64,000 nt of DNA from Longimicrobiales bacterium (GTDB lineage: Bacteria; Gemmatimonadota; Gemmatimonadetes; Longimicrobiales; Gaopeijiaceae): contig OZ241869.1 in the NCBI GenBank assembly GCA_965202805.1, positions 1,824,001 through 1,888,000 of the forward strand, written 5' to 3'. This document shows positions 58,635 to 64,000 of the stretch, in pieces (position 1 is the first letter of the stretch; each line of letters opens with the position of its first letter). The position numbers and the translations under genes were made by a program. The notes below the pieces were generated by a model. It saw nothing but the letters and a program-made list of their open reading frames with translations. It ran no database searches and was not told the DNA's origin.

Positions 58635-60182
58635 CTACCTCAGGCTCCACCCGGCGGCCGTGCCCGGAGTGCCCTCGCCGCCGAACGAGTACACCTCCAG
58701 GCTGAGCGCCTCCAGCTCCTCGGCGATCACCGGCATGTGCAGCGGGGTTCCCATGCGGAGCGTCCCGAAGCCGCGCTGATCGAAGTAGTCGAGCCCGCCG
58801 GACTCGAAGAGGAGCTCCATGCTCTTCTCGTACCACATGGCGAAGAGCACGCTGCCGCACGCGCCCGTGATGGTCCGGGGCACGCACCGGTCGCCCGACA
58901 CCCCGTCGACCGTGGCGGGCGGGAGGCCCGCGGCTTCACGGCTCGGGTTGATGTAGGGAAGCGCTGCTTCCGGCTGGCCCATCCTGATGTGGGCCTCCGC
59001 CATGAGGAACTCCATCTCGCGCACCGTCAGTTCGGGGATGAAGCCGAAGCCGCTGTCGGCCTTGTCGCGCCACTTCCAGGCGCGGTACGGCGTGACGAAC
59101 CAGATGCCGCGCTGGGCGTCTCCGAAGAGCGTGCCCGGAATCTCGACCAGGGTCCCGGAGGCCTGGGGGTCGCCGGGCGCGTGGATCCGCCGATCGTCCG
59201 TCTCCACGTGGACGGGGAACCTCTCCCTCGGGCCCGCCGCCTCGTAGGCCTGCCACTGGCCGGACTGGTCCGCGGGGCCGACGAAGCGCACGGCGAGGTT
59301 GTGGGGCAGGTTGTAGGCGTCGTCCCAGACGTCTCCCGGGGTCGTGTTGATGCCGTAGTCGGACGTCACTCCGGCCTGGGCGAGCGTCATGACCTCCGCC
59401 CAGTTGACCGAGGCCCGCTCCTCGGGCGTCCGGGCGACGGTCGTCATCAGACGGGCCTCCCAGGAGTTGATCATCCGGACCAGGTTGTCGCTCGAGACGC
59501 TGGTGCCCATCCAGCCCGCGGGGATCGTGAACGAGTTGGAGCCCGCGATCTGCCGGGCGGCCTGCAGGTACCCCCTCGCGGCCTGGGCGACCTCGCCGTA
59601 CGGGCGCAGGTCCGCGTTCTCCACCGCCGCCTCGGTGTCCACGCTCTCGTCGATGACGAAGCCCTGGTCGAAGACGTTGGCGATGTAGCCGTGGATCAGC
59701 CCCTGCATGAGCTTGGCGAACGCAAGGGTCCGTTCCGTGTCCGCACCCCCGGCCCCGATCTGCAGGTTGCTCTCCTCAATGACCAGCACACCGTCGCGGA
59801 TCGCGGCGAGCGCCTGGTTCAGCTCCATCCAGGGTGCCCGCAGCGAACGGCCCCACTGGTAGCCGATGGCGTTCGTGAGGTTGATCCGGGGCTGCTGGTT
59901 GTTGTCGGAGGCGAAGTGGTTGGCGGCCGCGGACGCGATGACCTCGGACGCGCTGCTGAGGGCCCGCACCATGGCGAGCTCGTCGCTGGCTCCGTGCATC
60001 TGGTCCCACCAGGTCGAGTAGGTGCCGGCGATGAGCGACTCGATGTCGCCCGGCTCGGAGAGCGCGCGGTCACGGTCGGGCTCGTTGGGATTCACCACTT
60101 CGAGGTCGCAGGCGGAAATCGCGACCAGGCTCACGGCTGCGGCACCTGCCAGCGTCTGCAGTTTTGACGGTAGGAATCTCAC
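58635..60182 (-). CDS. SusD/RagB family lipoprotein
   Basis: Lipobox ISAC then DLEVVNPNEPD; EFLMAEA, YEKSMEL; downstream of SusC. Confidence 0.85.
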   Translation of the reverse strand: MRFLPSKLQTLAGAAAVSLVAISACDLEVVNPNEPDRDRALSEPGDIESLIAGTYSTWWDQMHGASDELAMVRALSSASEVIASAAANHFASDNNQQPRINLTNAIGYQWGRSLRAPWMELNQALAAIRDGVLVIEESNLQIGAGGADTERTLAFAKLMQGLIHGYIANVFDQGFVIDESVDTEAAVENADLRPYGEVAQAARGYLQAARQIAGSNSFTIPAGWMGTSVSSDNLVRMINSWEARLMTTVARTPEERASVNWAEVMTLAQAGVTSDYGINTTPGDVWDDAYNLPHNLAVRFVGPADQSGQWQAYEAAGPRERFPVHVETDDRRIHAPGDPQASGTLVEIPGTLFGDAQRGIWFVTPYRAWKWRDKADSGFGFIPELTVREMEFLMAEAHIRMGQPEAALPYINPSREAAGLPPATVDGVSGDRCVPRTITGACGSVLFAMWYEKSMELLFESGGLDYFDQRGFGTLRMGTPLHMPVIAEELEALSLEVYSFGGEGTPGTAAGWSLR

Positions 60183-60257
60183 TTCTCACCCTCCTGCTCT
60201 ACGAGTTCCGCGTGTCGAACGCACTTCCCGTGGCGGCTGTGTCGCCGGGTCGTCGCG

Positions 60258-63200
60258 TCAGAACACGAGCTCGACGTCAATTCCGATCTGCCGGTAGTTC
60301 GGGTAGAAGTACTCGTCGATCCGGCCGATGGCGGCGGAACCTCCGAAGGTCGTCTTGCCCACTTCCGGATCGTGACCCTGGTAGCCGGTGAAGGTGACCA
60401 GGTTGCGGCCGGCCAGGTTGACCGTGGCGCGGTCGAAGCCCACCTGCGCCAGGAGCCCCGGGAGGTTGCTCTGGTCGAAGGTGTAGCGAACCGACAGCTC
60501 CCGCAGCTTGATGAAGTCCCCGTCCTCCACGTACCAGTCGTTCCGGTTGTTGCGGTCGTAGAGGAAGGCGGCCCCGTAGTACGGAAGCGGCTTCTTGAGC
60601 TCCTCGGGCTTGCCCCGCTGATCGATGGCTCCGACGCCGCTGCGGGAGCCCCACTGGCGGGTCTGGTTCATGATCTGCGCCCCGAACTCGCCCTCGAAGA
60701 GGAGCGTCAGCCCCATGTTCCGGAACTGGAAGTCCTGCAGGAAGGAGACGTTCAGATCGGGCTGGGACGAGCCCAGCGGGCGGGGCGTGTTGTCGAACCG
60801 GTTGTGCTTGATGGGCATGCCCCAGTCGAGGGTCGTGCCGTCGACATCCCCCGTGGTGCCCCAGAGCGACTTCGCGGCTCCGTCCCGGTAGTCGTTGCCC
60901 GCTCCGACGTAGACGAGCAGCCCGTCGTCGTTGACGTCGAACTGGTTGCAGTCCATTCCGCCGGGAAGTTCGCTGCAGCTCCTCAGCCAGTTGGAGCCGT
61001 AGAACGCGCCCAGTTCCTCGCCTTCCCGCACCATCATGCGCGCCCGCAGGTCGCGGAACTCGAAGGGCGGCACGTTGAGCTCGGTGATCTCCTGGCGGGT
61101 TCGGTCGAGGTTCAGGCGAGCCGTCCAGACGAGGTCCGGACGCTCGACGAAAGCCGCCTCGATCGAAGCCTCATACGTGGTGGAAGCCACGGTGCCCGCG
61201 TTCCGCCACTGGGACTCGAAGCCGAGGGCGGAGCTGAGCGGCACCAGCAGCAGCTGATCCCTGACCTCGAGGTCGACGTAGTTGAGCTGCACGCGATACC
61301 GGTCGGCGACCATCATGTCGACCCCGTATTCCTGCTCCGTCGCCAGTTCGGGCTTGAGCCCGCTGTTTCCGAGCAGCTTGGGGATGATGCGCCCGCGGTC
61401 GACCGCGTAGGTCTGATACTGGTAGGAGAAGCCGGGGCGGCCGCCGGCGGTGCCCCGCGAGTAGCGAGGCCTGAACTCTGTGAGGAAGTCGAGCGGCCAC
61501 CACTCCTCCTCCGCCATCCGCCACGCCGCGGAGACGCGGTAGTAGTTCTGCCAGCGCTCGTCCGGTCCGAACAGCGAGCTTCCGTCGCGGCGGGCCAGGA
61601 GGTCGAGGATGTACTTGCTCTTCCAGGTCAGGGCGGTGATGGCGAACAGCCCCTGCGAACGAACCGTTTCCGCGTGCGAGCGCGTGTACAGTCCGGTCGT
61701 GAGGAGCCCCATCTGCGGCACCCCGACGACCGAGAAGGTCGAGCCTCCCGCCACGAAGTTGTCCGAGGACGTCTGCTCCGCGAGCCAGCGGAAGCGGGTC
61801 CGCGTCGTAAGGTCTCCGAAGCTGTGCTGGATCGACGCCGTGAGGTTGCCGTTGAGCTCCTCGCGGAGATCCTCGAGCCGGAACATCGCCCCGTCGAGCG
61901 GAGGCCGGGGGTAGGCGCGCTTCCACGGGCTCGGCGTGATGTTGACCTCCTTCAGGTTCGTGCGGTCGTAGGACAGGTTGCCCTGGAACGACAGCCACGA
62001 GAAGGGGGAGTACTGCGCGTCGACGGCGCCCATGACGCGAAGCCGGTCACGGGTCCAGTCCTGGTTCTCCAGCTGATAGAACGGGTTGGTCCTCCTGCTG
62101 ATCAGATCGCCGATCACATGGAGGTCGCCGTCTTCGTCGCGGGAGAAGAGGTCGGTGCCGGCGCGGTAGTGATCGCTGCCCAGGAAGAGCCCGCGCCTGG
62201 CCGTGCCCCCCGAGGCGGTGGGATCGCGCGGCTCGTAGCCCACCAGGTCGGTGAGGTTGCTCAGCCCGATGCGCTCCTGCTGGAAGATCACGTCCTGCTC
62301 CCGCAGCGTGACATACGAGCTCAGCGAGAACTGGAGCTGATCCCCGATCGACTGATCGAGGTTGAGCCGGACGTTGGTCTGCTCCGCGCCATCGTGGAAC
62401 TGCATGACTCCCTCGTCGCGCTGGTATGCGGCCGAGGCGCGGTACTGCGTGCTCCCCTCGTTCCCGGACGCCGACACGTACGTGTTGTAGGAGTTTCCGG
62501 ACGACAGCATGTGGTCCCAGACCGAACCCCCGTAGAGGTTGGGCGGGACCGGCTGGTCCTGGAACGTCGTCCACTGGTCGCGGCCGGTCCCGCCGGGCCG
62601 TCCGAAGTTGTCGTTGAGCGCGTACGACCCGGTGCTGAGCTGCTGGTTGCGGTTGTGGAGGTCGAGCTCGTTGCCGCTGCGGTCGAGGATGGCCGTGCCC
62701 GCGGCGTTCATGCGGTACTCGTGGGACTCGGTCAGCGCCATGACGTACTCGATGTCGTTGAACTGGTACTGGCTGCGCACCGTGAACTCGTGGGTGCCCT
62801 CCCGCAGCGCGGCGCCCCGGCGGGTGGTCACCTCCATGACTCCGGCCTGCGCGCGCGAGCCGTACAGCGAGGCCGCCGCCGCACCCCGGACGATCTCGAT
62901 GTTCTCGATGTCGTTCGGGTCGATGTCCGCGAGGGATCCCGTGGAGATCACCCCGTCGACGATCAGCAGCGGGGCCTGGCTCTGCATGATGCTGGTGGGG
63001 CCCCTGAACTGGATGGAGGGTTCGTCCCCGGGCTGGCCGGTGCCCTGGATCACCCGGGTTCCCGCCGTGCGGCCCTGCAGCAGGCTCGCCACGTTGAGCG
63101 CCGAAGCGATCTGCGCGGTCTCCACCTCCACCTGCTCCACGGTGAACGCCAGCTCGGTCTCGGGGGTGGCGCCCGCGACGCCGGTCACGACCACGGCATC

Positions 63201-63548
63201 CATCGCCAGCACCCGCGACTCCAGCATGAAATTCGCGACCACGGGGGCCCCGGTAGTGACGTCGATGACCTGGGCGTCGGTCTGGCGACCGATGAGCTCC
63301 GCCCGGATCTCGTACTGGCCGACGGGCACGTTGGGGAGCGCGTAGGCGCCGTCGGCGTTGGTCAGCATCCCGAGTTGCAGCTCGGGGATGTGGACCTGAA
63401 CCGTGGCGATGGGCTCGCCGGTGTTCGCGTCCGTGACCGTTCCGGTGACGGTCCCGACCTGCCCCGCGAGGCTGCCCGCGGCCAGAGCCAGAGAGGCCGC
63501 AAGCACGGCGGCCGACGACCCGACCCTTCTAACGCACGTTCCATCCAT
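60258..63548 (-). CDS. SusC/RagA family TonB-linked outer-membrane protein
   Basis: Signal peptide from MDGT, DAVVVTG, PLLIVDG, GAAAASLYGSRA, RRDGSSLFG; terminal F. Confidence 0.92.
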   Translation of the reverse strand: MDGTCVRRVGSSAAVLAASLALAAGSLAGQVGTVTGTVTDANTGEPIATVQVHIPELQLGMLTNADGAYALPNVPVGQYEIRAELIGRQTDAQVIDVTTGAPVVANFMLESRVLAMDAVVVTGVAGATPETELAFTVEQVEVETAQIASALNVASLLQGRTAGTRVIQGTGQPGDEPSIQFRGPTSIMQSQAPLLIVDGVISTGSLADIDPNDIENIEIVRGAAAASLYGSRAQAGVMEVTTRRGAALREGTHEFTVRSQYQFNDIEYVMALTESHEYRMNAAGTAILDRSGNELDLHNRNQQLSTGSYALNDNFGRPGGTGRDQWTTFQDQPVPPNLYGGSVWDHMLSSGNSYNTYVSASGNEGSTQYRASAAYQRDEGVMQFHDGAEQTNVRLNLDQSIGDQLQFSLSSYVTLREQDVIFQQERIGLSNLTDLVGYEPRDPTASGGTARRGLFLGSDHYRAGTDLFSRDEDGDLHVIGDLISRRTNPFYQLENQDWTRDRLRVMGAVDAQYSPFSWLSFQGNLSYDRTNLKEVNITPSPWKRAYPRPPLDGAMFRLEDLREELNGNLTASIQHSFGDLTTRTRFRWLAEQTSSDNFVAGGSTFSVVGVPQMGLLTTGLYTRSHAETVRSQGLFAITALTWKSKYILDLLARRDGSSLFGPDERWQNYYRVSAAWRMAEEEWWPLDFLTEFRPRYSRGTAGGRPGFSYQYQTYAVDRGRIIPKLLGNSGLKPELATEQEYGVDMMVADRYRVQLNYVDLEVRDQLLLVPLSSALGFESQWRNAGTVASTTYEASIEAAFVERPDLVWTARLNLDRTRQEITELNVPPFEFRDLRARMMVREGEELGAFYGSNWLRSCSELPGGMDCNQFDVNDDGLLVYVGAGNDYRDGAAKSLWGTTGDVDGTTLDWGMPIKHNRFDNTPRPLGSSQPDLNVSFLQDFQFRNMGLTLLFEGEFGAQIMNQTRQWGSRSGVGAIDQRGKPEELKKPLPYYGAAFLYDRNNRNDWYVEDGDFIKLRELSVRYTFDQSNLPGLLAQVGFDRATVNLAGRNLVTFTGYQGHDPEVGKTTFGGSAAIGRIDEYFYPNYRQIGIDVELVF

Positions 63549-63782
63549 AATGAGCCTCCACGTGCAAGCATCCAGACAACCGGCGAGGTCCGGACAGGTC
63601 CAGCGGCGTCCGGACAAACGCAAAAAGCCGCGCAGGCCCCTGCGAGCAGTTGGTGCTACCCCGGGCCCACGCGGCATAAAGTACCGCCATGATCCAGCTT
63701 CCTTACCAGATGTACTACGTACCGGCAGACTACGCCGCGCGCCGACTTTTTGTCAAGCGAGGGACGCCCCGCACGGCGACGA

Positions 63783-64000
63783 TCAGCGGCTGAGGTCCGC
63801 GGGGCACCCGGCGATGTTCCTGAAATCGCGGGCCGTGGTCACGCGGATGATCCCGGCGGCCCCCCGGGGACCGGCGATCAGCGTCGCGGCGGGGCCCCGG
63901 AGCACGCGGATATCGACGATTTCACGGGAATCGACGTCTCCCAGATCCCCGTCCGAAACGTACCCGTCGACGACCAGCAGCGGCTGCGCCTCCACCGGCT
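63783..64000 (-). CDS. TonB-dependent receptor plug-domain protein (5' partial)
   Basis: PLLVVDG..IVDIRVLRGPAA..GPRGAAGIIRVTT. Confidence 0.7.
   Translation of the reverse strand, partial: PVEAQPLLVVDGYVSDGDLGDVDSREIVDIRVLRGPAATLIAGPRGAAGIIRVTTARDFRNIAGCPADLSR

Noticed and set aside
54474..63692. Long plus-strand ORFs of 1142 aa and 1106 aa
   Set aside because: Antisense shadows of the S9 peptidase/membrane protein and SusC.

Overview
High-GC bacterial window. The gene content (SusC/SusD pairs, S9 peptidase, DUF5916, Fn3 autotransporters, cadherin/Ig proteins) resembles Gemmatimonadota or a host/sponge-associated lineage; this is inference only. Ordinary transport and metabolic genes sit at both ends, around an accessory core of about 9-54 kb. 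The main candidate system spans 23.1-46.8 kb. A P4-type tyrosine recombinase lies next to a 5'-truncated copy of a large surface-lipoprotein gene followed by an Fn3 autotransporter. About 19 kb away is an inverted, full-length paralogous pair with its promoter. A perfect 41-bp inverted repeat marks the exact point where the truncated copy begins, which fits a shufflon-like invertible locus that swaps surface-protein variants. Divergent from that promoter are an AraC-like HTH gene and a nuclease-dead TnpB (TldR-like) that seems to keep an omega-RNA-like 3' region, with a partial match to the surface gene's 5' leader. Other items: a 5.3-kb FkbH/ACP/MaoC cassette between ~70-bp direct repeats, a frameshifted IS1595, Hic-type toxin-antitoxin genes, two convergent genes truncated at one junction, an istB fragment followed by an 81-bp tandem array, and a DUF222-HNH gene. 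All family calls come from motif recognition by eye; no database search was run.
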